Assembly: GCA_051532035.1 (NCBI GenBank)
Contig: JAOPTW010000022.1
Span: 1-39,175, forward strand
Origin: Fibrobacterales bacterium
GTDB taxonomy: Bacteria > Fibrobacterota > Fibrobacteria > Fibrobacterales > JAOPTW01
Direction: 5' to 3'
Length of the DNA: 39,175 bases
This document shows positions 16,996 through 25,563 of this stretch, one piece after another (position 1 is the first letter of the stretch; each line of letters starts with the position of its first letter). Under the pieces are notes generated by a model. That model was not told where the DNA came from. It did not search any database and was given only the letters and a program-made list of their open reading frames with translations. The position numbers and the translations under genes are program-made.

Positions 16996-19533
16996 ATGGG
17001 TAATGCAAAAGGGAGTATCACAATTATTGCTCCACTTTCAGGTCCACTCGTAGATCTTACTACAGTACCTGACCCTGTCTTTGCACAAAAAATGGTGGGC
17101 GATGGGATCTCTATAGATCCAACTTCGAACATTCTCTACGCCCCCTGTGCTGGAACAATATCACAGATCCACTCTTCATGTCATGCAGTAACAATTGCGA
17201 CAGCTGAAGGTATTGAGATCATGATGCACATAGGTGTTGATACGGTAAGCCTCAAAGGTAAAGGATTTTCTCCTAAAGTTAAGGAAGGTGACTCTGTAAA
17301 GGCCAACGATGTACTCATCGAATTTGAAATGGATTATGTTGCGGTTAATGCAAAAAGTCTGCTTACACAAATTGTGGTTACCAATAGCGAACGCGTTTCT
17401 TTTCAATTAAACAGTGGCGTTGTTACTGCGGGTAATGACACCATCATGACTCTCACTCTTGTTGATGAGTCGGCAGCAAGTAAAGAAAATACTGGTGACT
17501 ATGGTACAGAAAACTCAGCACCTATGGTCATTGCAAATCCTGTTGGCCTCCATGCACGTCCTTCAGCAGTACTTTCTACTGCAGCTAAAAAGTTTTCGAG
17601 TAGTATTGAAATCATTTGTGGATCTAAAAAAGCAAATGCCAAAAGTACTACTGCTATTATGAAAATGGAAATTGGTAACGGTCAAACCGTTATTCTTTCC
17701 GCACAAGGCTCTGATGCAAAAGAGTCAATTCAAGAACTATCAGACCTCATTTGCAACGGTCTTGGTGAAGATGTTATCAGTAGTGATGCCTCTGCCGAAG
17801 TATTTCTTGAAGAACAAGATGATAACCAGCCTCTCTCGGGTGATCTTAACCGTATTGTCGGTATTGCAGCATCTCCGGGTATTGCGATCGGTACACTGTT
17901 TAAATTAGAGAAAGAAGTATTGATTGTAGAAGAATATGGTTCTTCGTATGTTGCTGAAGAAAAAACGGTTCTTGAAAAATCAATCGAACGCTCTATTAAA
18001 CTTATTGAATCTTTAATTAAAGAATCTGATTCAAACGAGTCTGAGATTTTTGAAGCACATATTGAGCTTCTCCGTGATCCTGAGCTTTTAGAGATTGCTG
18101 AATCAGAACTTTCGAAAGGAAAATCAGCAGGATATGCTTGGCAAGTGGCGTATACTCAGCAAGCAACAGCCCTACAATCACTAAAGAGTGAACTCCTTGC
18201 TGCTCGTGCAAATGATATGATTGACGTTGGGGAAAGTACACTGAATATTATCTTGGGCCGCGACTCTAAGGATCTTGAGATTCCCGAAAATACTATTCTT
18301 GTAGCAGATGATCTTACTCCATCTCAAACAGCAACACTCGACCGTACTAAAGTTCAAGGATTTTGTACATTACAGGGTGGCTCGTCATCACACGTTGCAA
18401 TACTCGCACGTTCACTCGCTATCCCTGCTATTGCAGGTATTGAAGCGCGGATAATGGATAGTGCAAACGGCACCTCAGTCATTTTAGATGGCTCAAAAGG
18501 TGAAGTTGAGCTCAACCCAACTGATGATCGTATTAAGGCTGTAAAAGTAGAACTTATTGAGTTCGAAGCTAAACTTACAGAAGACAAGTCGAATAGTAAT
18601 AAACCTGCAACGACCACTGACGGTCATACTGTTATGGTAGTGGGTAATGCTGGCGGACTTCCAGAAGTTGAAGAATCTGTTGTTAACGGTGGCGAAGGTA
18701 TTGGCCTTATGCGCTCTGAGTTCCTTTTTCAGAACCGTGCATCTGCACCTACTGAAGAAGAGCAAGAAGAAGTGTATGGCGCAATGGCAGCTGCCCTTGG
18801 TAACGATCGTCCAATCGTCATTAGAACTCTTGATGTTGGTGGAGATAAACCACTCCCCTACCTCCCGATCCCAAAAGAAGAAAACCCGTTCCTTGGTGAA
18901 CGTGGTATTCGGGTCTGCTTGAACCGTCCTGAAATTTTGAGAATGCAGTTTAGAGCAATCTTAAAAGCCTCTTCTAAAGGAACTATTGAAATCATGTTCC
19001 CAATGATCTCTACCATTGCTGAATTTAGAAAAGCAAAAGAGATACTCAAAGAAGAAGCCGATGCGATGAATGTAGCAATGCCAAAAACAGGCATCATGGT
19101 TGAAGTACCCGTTGTTGCAGCAATGGCTGAACAATTTGCAAAAGAAGTTGATTTCTTTTCAGTTGGTACCAACGACCTCGCTCAATACACAATGGCCGTT
19201 GACCGTGGACATCCAAAACTAGCGGCACTCGCTGATGGATTAACACCGGGCCTCCTCAAACTCATTAAAATGGCCGCTGATGGCGCACACGCTCATGGCA
19301 TTACTATTAGTGTCTGTGGTGGCATTGCCAGTGATGCACACGCGGTACCTATCCTTATTGGCTTAGGTATTGATAAACTCAGTGCAACCGTTCCAGCCAT
19401 ACCTGCCGTAAAAGCACAAATTAGAGACCTCAGTCTCGCAGAATGTAAAACCCTTGCTCAGCAAGCTCTTGAACAAGAGTCTGCTGCAGACGTACGCACA
19501 CTGGTTCAGTCAATGTGTAACACACTTAATTAA
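16996..19533 (+). CDS. ptsP: Multiphosphoryl transfer protein EIIA(Glc)-HPr-Enzyme I
   Basis: EIIA: VPDPVFAQKMVGDG, HIGVDTV. HPr: GLHARP, NAKST. EI: GGSSSHVAILARS, GIGLMRSEFLF, ENPFLGERGIR, FSVGTNDL. AAGGAG RBS. Confidence 0.93.
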   Translation: MGNAKGSITIIAPLSGPLVDLTTVPDPVFAQKMVGDGISIDPTSNILYAPCAGTISQIHSSCHAVTIATAEGIEIMMHIGVDTVSLKGKGFSPKVKEGDSVKANDVLIEFEMDYVAVNAKSLLTQIVVTNSERVSFQLNSGVVTAGNDTIMTLTLVDESAASKENTGDYGTENSAPMVIANPVGLHARPSAVLSTAAKKFSSSIEIICGSKKANAKSTTAIMKMEIGNGQTVILSAQGSDAKESIQELSDLICNGLGEDVISSDASAEVFLEEQDDNQPLSGDLNRIVGIAASPGIAIGTLFKLEKEVLIVEEYGSSYVAEEKTVLEKSIERSIKLIESLIKESDSNESEIFEAHIELLRDPELLEIAESELSKGKSAGYAWQVAYTQQATALQSLKSELLAARANDMIDVGESTLNIILGRDSKDLEIPENTILVADDLTPSQTATLDRTKVQGFCTLQGGSSSHVAILARSLAIPAIAGIEARIMDSANGTSVILDGSKGEVELNPTDDRIKAVKVELIEFEAKLTEDKSNSNKPATTTDGHTVMVVGNAGGLPEVEESVVNGGEGIGLMRSEFLFQNRASAPTEEEQEEVYGAMAAALGNDRPIVIRTLDVGGDKPLPYLPIPKEENPFLGERGIRVCLNRPEILRMQFRAILKASSKGTIEIMFPMISTIAEFRKAKEILKEEADAMNVAMPKTGIMVEVPVVAAMAEQFAKEVDFFSVGTNDLAQYTMAVDRGHPKLAALADGLTPGLLKLIKMAADGAHAHGITISVCGGIASDAHAVPILIGLGIDKLSATVPAIPAVKAQIRDLSLAECKTLAQQALEQESAADVRTLVQSMCNTLN

Positions 19534-19545
19534 GTAGGATACTTT

Positions 19546-21354
19546 ATGTCACAAACAACTCAAATTCATAAAAGTGCTTTTGCTAACCTGCAAAAGATGG
19601 GTAAAGCACTCATGCTTCCCGTATCGGTCCTACCTGCAGCAGGTATTCTGCTCGGGCTCGGCGCCATTGACCCTTCACTCATTCCATGGGCTCCTGAATT
19701 TCTCTTGAGCATCATGAAACTCATGACCGCTGCTGGTGGTGCAATTTTCACCATTATGCCTCTTATCTTTGCTGTAGGTGTTGCACTTGGGTTTACTGAG
19801 AATGACGGTGTCGCTGCTCTCGCATCATGTGTAGGCTTTTTTGTTCTTATTGCAACCATGGGTACTCTTGCCGACTTTACCGGTGTACAGACTCATTTAG
19901 TGCTGGGTATCCCTACCATTAAGACGGGGGTATTTGGTGGTATTATTGCCGGTTCACTCGCTGCAATAATGTTTAACAAATTCTACCGCATTTCTCTCCC
20001 TCCTTACCTTGGCTTTTTTGCTGGTAAGAGATTTGTTCCTATTGCAACGGCCGTCGCAGCAATTGCAATGGGCTTTATCCTTTTCTTTATCTGGACACCT
20101 ATTGGTGCAGGTATTGATATCTTTTCTGACTGGGCATCCCATGGTAACCCTACTCTTGCTTTTGGTGTGTATGGCCTTATTGAAAGATGTCTCATACCTT
20201 TTGGGCTGCACCATATTTGGAATGCACCGTTCTTCTTTGAAATCGGAAACTTTCTTGACCCTGCAACCGGTAAAACAATTTCTGGTGAGCTCCAACGCTA
20301 CATGGCGGGTGATGGCACAGCTGGTAACCTTGCAGGTGGCTATCTCTTTAAAATGTGGGGACTCCCTGCAGCAGCACTTGCAATTTGGCATACCGCTAAA
20401 CCAGAGAAAAGAACCCTTATTGGTGGTATCATGATCTCTGGTGCACTTACCTCATTTCTTACCGGTATTACTGAGCCACTTGAATTCTCATTTATCTTTG
20501 TTGCACCAATTCTTTACGTTTTTCACGCAATTATTTCAGGTCTATCCTTTGTTGTTTGTATTTTGTTAGACATCAAACACTCAACTTCATTCTCCCATGG
20601 GTTGATTGATTATGTTCTACTCTATAGTCGTTCAACAAATGGATGGGGCCTATTAATTCTTGGACCTGCATGGGCTGCACTCTATTATGGTGTGTTCCGC
20701 TTTTCTATCACCAAATTCAACCTCCTTACTCCGGGACGTGAAGATGATGATGAAACTGCTATTGCAACAGGAGAACCTGTTACGGAAGACAATTTTTCTT
20801 TACAACTCGTACGTGCCTTTGGCGGCAGAAGTAATATCAACACATTAGACGCGTGTATTACTCGTCTGAGAATATCAGTACACGATATAAATAAAGTTGA
20901 TCAAGCACGCCTTAAAGCAATGGGAGCAGCTGGTGTTGTCGTTGTTGGAAATGGTATCCAAGCTATATTTGGAACCCGCTCAGACAACCTTAAAACCGAC
21001 ATGCAAGAGTATTTAAAGACTGCAGGACCAGAGGCAGATATGACAACTGCTGCAGCTTCAGCTCCAGCCCCAAAAGTTACTCAAACAGCAAGTGCTCCTG
21101 TAGCGGTCGATCCTGATGCAATGAACAAAGCTGAACACTATGTTAAAGCACTGGGTGGAACTGAAAACATCAAACACGTAGAGCCTTGTGCAGAGACTCG
21201 TTTACGTGTTGCTGTACATAATCCTGGTCAAGTTAACTTTGACTCAATAGAAGGAATCAGCGTTATATCTATTGCTGACGATATTATGCATCTTATTGTA
21301 GGCCTTAATGCCAATCAATATTCAGATGCAATGAATAGTTTGATTACGGAGTAG
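19546..21354 (+). CDS. ptsG: PTS glucose-family permease EIICB with a second EIIB domain
   Basis: [62 protein letters not shown] linker; [13 protein letters not shown] plus a second copy [10 protein letters not shown] after an Ala/Pro linker. Confidence 0.88.
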   Translation: MSQTTQIHKSAFANLQKMGKALMLPVSVLPAAGILLGLGAIDPSLIPWAPEFLLSIMKLMTAAGGAIFTIMPLIFAVGVALGFTENDGVAALASCVGFFVLIATMGTLADFTGVQTHLVLGIPTIKTGVFGGIIAGSLAAIMFNKFYRISLPPYLGFFAGKRFVPIATAVAAIAMGFILFFIWTPIGAGIDIFSDWASHGNPTLAFGVYGLIERCLIPFGLHHIWNAPFFFEIGNFLDPATGKTISGELQRYMAGDGTAGNLAGGYLFKMWGLPAAALAIWHTAKPEKRTLIGGIMISGALTSFLTGITEPLEFSFIFVAPILYVFHAIISGLSFVVCILLDIKHSTSFSHGLIDYVLLYSRSTNGWGLLILGPAWAALYYGVFRFSITKFNLLTPGREDDDETAIATGEPVTEDNFSLQLVRAFGGRSNINTLDACITRLRISVHDINKVDQARLKAMGAAGVVVVGNGIQAIFGTRSDNLKTDMQEYLKTAGPEADMTTAAASAPAPKVTQTASAPVAVDPDAMNKAEHYVKALGGTENIKHVEPCAETRLRVAVHNPGQVNFDSIEGISVISIADDIMHLIVGLNANQYSDAMNSLITE

Positions 21355-21363
21355 TGTAATCAA

Positions 21364-21404
21364 TCCGAGAGCACTCTTCTTGGTCTGAGTGCTCTCGGAA
21401 TTTT
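21364..21404 (+). terminator. Terminator hairpin after the PTS operon
   Basis: 13-bp stem TCCGAGAGCACTC...GAGTGCTCTCGGA followed by ATTTT. Confidence 0.7.
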
Positions 21405-21448
21405 CTATAAACTATACCATTAAAAACACACGTACCACACATACGACC

Positions 21449-21490
21449 AAAGGGAAGGATGACCAAACGGGGACATCCTTCCCTTTTTTT
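21449..21490 (+). terminator. Second, strong intrinsic terminator
   Basis: Stem AAAGGGAAGGATG...CATCCTTCCCTTT running into T7. Confidence 0.75.
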
Positions 21491-21697
21491 ATGCTCAATT
21501 TATCTGTTTTACCCTCTATAACACTTATTTCGACAAGAAAGTCATTGTTACTGAAAGTTTACAAATAACTGTTGAGCCACTTACTTTTGCTCACAAAATA
21601 GTACCAAAGAAGTAAATATTTTATCAATGTATTTGGTAGTTTTTGGTTGCTTAACTAGTATTACACTCTATTGATTTTATCTATCTAAAGCTTACTT

Positions 21698-24214
21698 ATG
21701 TCTTTACATCACCCTTCCCCTAATTCATTAGATCACGACTTTGTTTTTGAACGTGACAAGCAAGAAGCCCTTCAAGACGAACTCCGTCAAAAACTACGAT
21801 CACGTGGCGGCGGTGGTCTTGGCCCTAACCCTGCATCCGGAGGAGGTGGTGGCGGTGGTTCTAGTAGTCCTGCCTCTGGTGGTGGCAATTCTCAATCCAA
21901 TGGCGGCGGTGGAAACGCAAGTAATACCGACGAAGAGCCGCAAGAAGCTCAGCAGCCGGTAGAAGAAGAACAAGAAGAAGTTCAAGAACAGGTGGTTTCT
22001 CTTACCAATGCAAAATTTATTATTCCAGAGAGCGAAGAAGAGCTCGATAAAAAAGTGGGCATTGACAAAGAGATTGAACTCGAAGTAGATGTTGAGTACC
22101 TCGGCGAGCGCAAGCCCAGTTCAATACAGTTCAAAGTGAGCCTCGAACATGATGGAGTAGTAGAAGACCTCCCCATAGTAAACGGCTCAGTCTCTGGTGG
22201 TAAAGCAACGGCCAAAGTTACATTACTCATGCACAATGGTTTTTATGGCAAAGTCAACAAACCTGATGGCGAGAAATACGTAGCCAAGCTTAATACCCTC
22301 TGTGATGCAGATGGTACAGAGTGCGTCGGGACCAATGAAGTTGAGCTTCCCCGCAAACAAAAACAAATCTTTATGGTTGAGATTCACAGCGATGTGTTCC
22401 CTCATGATAACATCATTCCCTGCCTTGATACCAATGCTACACTCATTGACTCTCTGGCAACCGCATTTCGTCATGTTGGGCACTATGATGACGTAGAAAA
22501 AGGTGTTAAAGGGGCTGATCATGAGCTTGTAGTTCATGGGCATGCAAGTACCCTCAGTGACTCAGAAGTTCGCGCCAAGGCAATCAAAACACTTGTTGAA
22601 GATAGACGATCAAACTGGAGCACCCTTTGCACATCCTACGGCACAATAAAAGACTATCAGCAGTCATTAAAGGTACTCTCTGATAGCTATGGCTGGGATT
22701 GTGATCCTGGCTCTGTAGACGGTGATGATGGCGCTAAAACGATCGCTGCGATCATGGGATTCCAACGCACCTATAACTCATCCAATGGTGGCCAACAAGA
22801 TTTACTCATTGATGGAGAGTGGGGTCCAAAATGCTGGAAAGGGCTCTTCAATACTATTCGCTCTCTTGCACTCTATTTGAGTCAGGTTGATAAAAGCAGA
22901 ATTAAAACACGATTCCACTCTAAAGTTGATGGTGTTCTCCCTTGTGCAAGCGCATTTCCTAAAAGTGATACTGGCTGCCCAGAATACAAGTCATCGACTG
23001 ATGAACGTGTTGAATTACTGTACTTTCCTAAGCCTAATCCCCCTGTGCTTGCTACACCGGCCTCTGATGCGGTTACAACTCAAGAGGCGGGGGCGTATGA
23101 TCAGGCGCTTTGTGATATTGAGGTGGTGCCGTTTGAACAATCTAAAGACGGAATTGAGTCTTTATCTGATATAATTTTCTATTGTAACCATCAGTATGAA
23201 GAAGAGCATCTCGGAAAAAAAATTAAATTCAATCGCATTGCACGTGGTGGTGAAGTTCTAAATATTGTTCCTCCAGAAGTTGGTGAAGCTGTTACTCTCA
23301 ATGCTCAACGATTAACAAATGTACCGCAAACTGATTGGAACTTAAAAGGTTTTACAGCATCGACTAGTTTAGAGAATAAGTTTGAGACCCGTATTAGCAA
23401 TTGGAAACATCCCATTGAACATATTATTCCAAGAAACAGAAGAATTGAACATGGAGTAAGGCCCAAAGTTGTTGAAGTAAAAGCTATCGGAGTAAAAGGG
23501 AAAGAGGTTACAGGTGAAGTCCATGTGTGGCCTAATGATGAAACATCAATTGAATGGGACCTATCAAAAAAATTCGAATTTTTTAAAACCCTTTCTGATG
23601 AAGTTACTAGTGTTTGCTCATTTATACCGATGGCAGAACTTAAATTTGAATACTTTGTAGGGAAAATTCAAGCAAGCGGTTGCTTTAAAGAAGACCCAAC
23701 ATCAAACGAAGCTTTTTATGCATTAAAGGTTAATGGTGGTTTTAAACCTTTTATAGGAGCAACATTGTCAATATCAATTTCCATATGGGAATTGATAGGG
23801 CTTCCAAGAAGACTAATGAGATATGGCTTAGATATTTTAGCAGGCGTTGACCTAATTGGTAAAATAGAGCTTACGCTTTCAATGGAAAGAAGTGAGCTTA
23901 CAAAGGCAACTGCAACGGGAGGTATCGAAGGAAGTATTGGTTTCTCATTATGGGCCAAAGCACAAGCAGGATCCGATAAATTACTCGAAGTTAAATGTTC
24001 CGCAGGTACTGCAATAGTTGGTAGTGGTACAATGCCTTTATCATATGACTGGGAAAAAAATGATTGGGACTTGGCTCTTAATACCAAAATTGGCTGGGCG
24101 GGTGCAGCTGCAGAAGTGTCATGGGCAGTTTGGGATGGTAAGTGGACAGGAGGTGGTAAGAAAACACTTATTGAAGGCTGCACTTGGGCAGAAGGTAACT
24201 ATAAGCTATTTTAA
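21698..24214 (+). CDS. Large modular protein: Gly/acidic linker, Ig-like region, OmpA-like domain with inserted peptidoglycan-binding domain, and unrelated Gly/Ala/Trp-rich C-terminal domain (candidate effector)
   Basis: PG_binding_1-like DPGSVDGDDGAKTIAAIMGFQ...IDGEWGPKCW nested between OmpA-like LVVHGHAS / LS..RAKAI and DERVELLYF; no Sec signal. Confidence 0.6.
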   Translation: MSLHHPSPNSLDHDFVFERDKQEALQDELRQKLRSRGGGGLGPNPASGGGGGGGSSSPASGGGNSQSNGGGGNASNTDEEPQEAQQPVEEEQEEVQEQVVSLTNAKFIIPESEEELDKKVGIDKEIELEVDVEYLGERKPSSIQFKVSLEHDGVVEDLPIVNGSVSGGKATAKVTLLMHNGFYGKVNKPDGEKYVAKLNTLCDADGTECVGTNEVELPRKQKQIFMVEIHSDVFPHDNIIPCLDTNATLIDSLATAFRHVGHYDDVEKGVKGADHELVVHGHASTLSDSEVRAKAIKTLVEDRRSNWSTLCTSYGTIKDYQQSLKVLSDSYGWDCDPGSVDGDDGAKTIAAIMGFQRTYNSSNGGQQDLLIDGEWGPKCWKGLFNTIRSLALYLSQVDKSRIKTRFHSKVDGVLPCASAFPKSDTGCPEYKSSTDERVELLYFPKPNPPVLATPASDAVTTQEAGAYDQALCDIEVVPFEQSKDGIESLSDIIFYCNHQYEEEHLGKKIKFNRIARGGEVLNIVPPEVGEAVTLNAQRLTNVPQTDWNLKGFTASTSLENKFETRISNWKHPIEHIIPRNRRIEHGVRPKVVEVKAIGVKGKEVTGEVHVWPNDETSIEWDLSKKFEFFKTLSDEVTSVCSFIPMAELKFEYFVGKIQASGCFKEDPTSNEAFYALKVNGGFKPFIGATLSISISIWELIGLPRRLMRYGLDILAGVDLIGKIELTLSMERSELTKATATGGIEGSIGFSLWAKAQAGSDKLLEVKCSAGTAIVGSGTMPLSYDWEKNDWDLALNTKIGWAGAAAEVSWAVWDGKWTGGGKKTLIEGCTWAEGNYKLF

Positions 24215-24239
24215 TAATATGAAAAAGAAAAGGAACAAC

Positions 24240-24704
24240 ATGGCAGCTCTCTACGTTTTAACCCCAATAGCAATATTATTTTTTGCTTTCACTGTTATTG
24301 CATATAAATACACATCTTCTTCAAACGACTGGATAGCTACAAATGCAACGGTCATTGATCACTGGGCAAAGCACACTGGATCAGAACCAAGAAATGAAAT
24401 TTATTCACCGAGAGTGACCTTTAAATTCACAGTAAATGATTCTGAATTTGAATCGGTTAACTTTATGCCATTTGGTTGGGGCCAGCCAAGATTTCAAGGT
24501 AAAGAAAAGGCTCTTGAAGAATGCAAAAAGTACCCTGTTGGTTCAACTCAAACTGTGTATTATAACCCTAAAGATCCTGGTATGGCCGCATTACACAAAA
24601 GTCCTTATGCAAATTCAAAGATTCTCATTTACATTGGGTCATTTCTTTTTGCTGCCTGTATTATTGGCTGGATCGTTGTACTTTATCTTAAGTTCAAATC
24701 ATGA
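24240..24704 (+). CDS. DUF3592-type two-TM membrane protein
   Basis: Start revised to ATG 24240 (AGGA RBS). TM helix, W..T.ATV, Y.P.V.F.F.V, YPVGS...VYYNPKDP, second TM helix. Confidence 0.75.
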   Translation: MAALYVLTPIAILFFAFTVIAYKYTSSSNDWIATNATVIDHWAKHTGSEPRNEIYSPRVTFKFTVNDSEFESVNFMPFGWGQPRFQGKEKALEECKKYPVGSTQTVYYNPKDPGMAALHKSPYANSKILIYIGSFLFAACIIGWIVVLYLKFKS

Positions 24705-25468
24705 AAAAATATATATCGCTTAAAACAAAAGGCCATAAACTTGCCTATAATGTATCGGTTAATGATGTAATAATTACAAGTAATCGTGAAAACATCTCAG
24801 CCCCAAACGAGCTCACGATAAATCAATGGATTAAACAAGGAGTGAATTCCTATCAAGCACACCTATTTGTCCCCCCTTCATTATTTGAAAAAATTGAAGA
24901 GCAATACTTTATAATAGAGTTTGTCGAAACAACAATTGTAGATGGTAGTTCTTCTGAACAGGTGATTTATAAAAAAGAGTGGAGCTGGGAACAAAATGTT
25001 GAATTTCCTATTATTTTTTCAGATTCAATTGATATTAACCCACCTCTCAATGAGCTTCTTTGGGACACCGGTGAATCAATAAATCAGTCATCTCTGAATT
25101 TAGATGATTTAAAACAATTTGTTGAACGAATTTGGGGTTATATGCATACTAAAAATTTTACTATGCTTGAACCATTGATCACCCCAAAAGCTAAGGAATT
25201 AGCTCAAGCATATCATATTCCTATTGAGGATAGACTTCAAGGGCAAAGGGAATTTTTTACCATGGAACTTTTCAATGAACCTGGTTGGGGGATGCAGTCC
25301 ATAGATTGGACAGGAATTAATATTGAGTATTTTGCAGCGGGGAAACTTCTTCAAATATTAGATAATAAAGGCAGAGATCTACTTAAATCAAATCCTTTAG
25401 ATGGAGATACTTTTAGTCTTCCACTCTTCCTTGCATTCAAAGATAATCAATGGGTAATCTGTCGTTAG
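24701..25468 (+). CDS. Hypothetical soluble protein (candidate immunity/accessory)
   Basis: 255-aa ORF coupled to the upstream gene by ATGA overlap; AT-rich; no signal peptide. Confidence 0.65.
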   Translation: MKKYISLKTKGHKLAYNVSVNDVIITSNRENISAPNELTINQWIKQGVNSYQAHLFVPPSLFEKIEEQYFIIEFVETTIVDGSSSEQVIYKKEWSWEQNVEFPIIFSDSIDINPPLNELLWDTGESINQSSLNLDDLKQFVERIWGYMHTKNFTMLEPLITPKAKELAQAYHIPIEDRLQGQREFFTMELFNEPGWGMQSIDWTGINIEYFAAGKLLQILDNKGRDLLKSNPLDGDTFSLPLFLAFKDNQWVICR

Positions 25469-25472
25469 GGTA

Positions 25473-25517
25473 TAAAACCAAAACACCTCCTCCCAGCAAT
25501 CAGCTTGGAGAAGGTGT
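25473..25517 (-). terminator. Terminator between convergent operons
   Basis: Imperfect stem ACACCTCCTCCCAGC-aatca-GCTTGGAGAAGGTGT that pairs better on the minus strand (G-U) and is followed there by T runs. Confidence 0.55.
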
Positions 25518-25563
25518 AATATTTCGATTACTATCTCATCATTTAAAAATCTAACGCCTCCCC

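Noticed and set aside
17176..20848. Numerous alternative-frame ORFs within the PTS genes
   Set aside because: Shadows of strongly conserved coding sequence.
21805..21915. GGT/GGC repeats as a contingency locus
   Set aside because: Mixed codons encoding a poly-Gly linker, not a pure slippage tract.
24018..24239. Long N-terminal extension of the DUF3592 ORF
   Set aside because: Overlaps the upstream gene by about 200 bp; ATG 24240 has an RBS.
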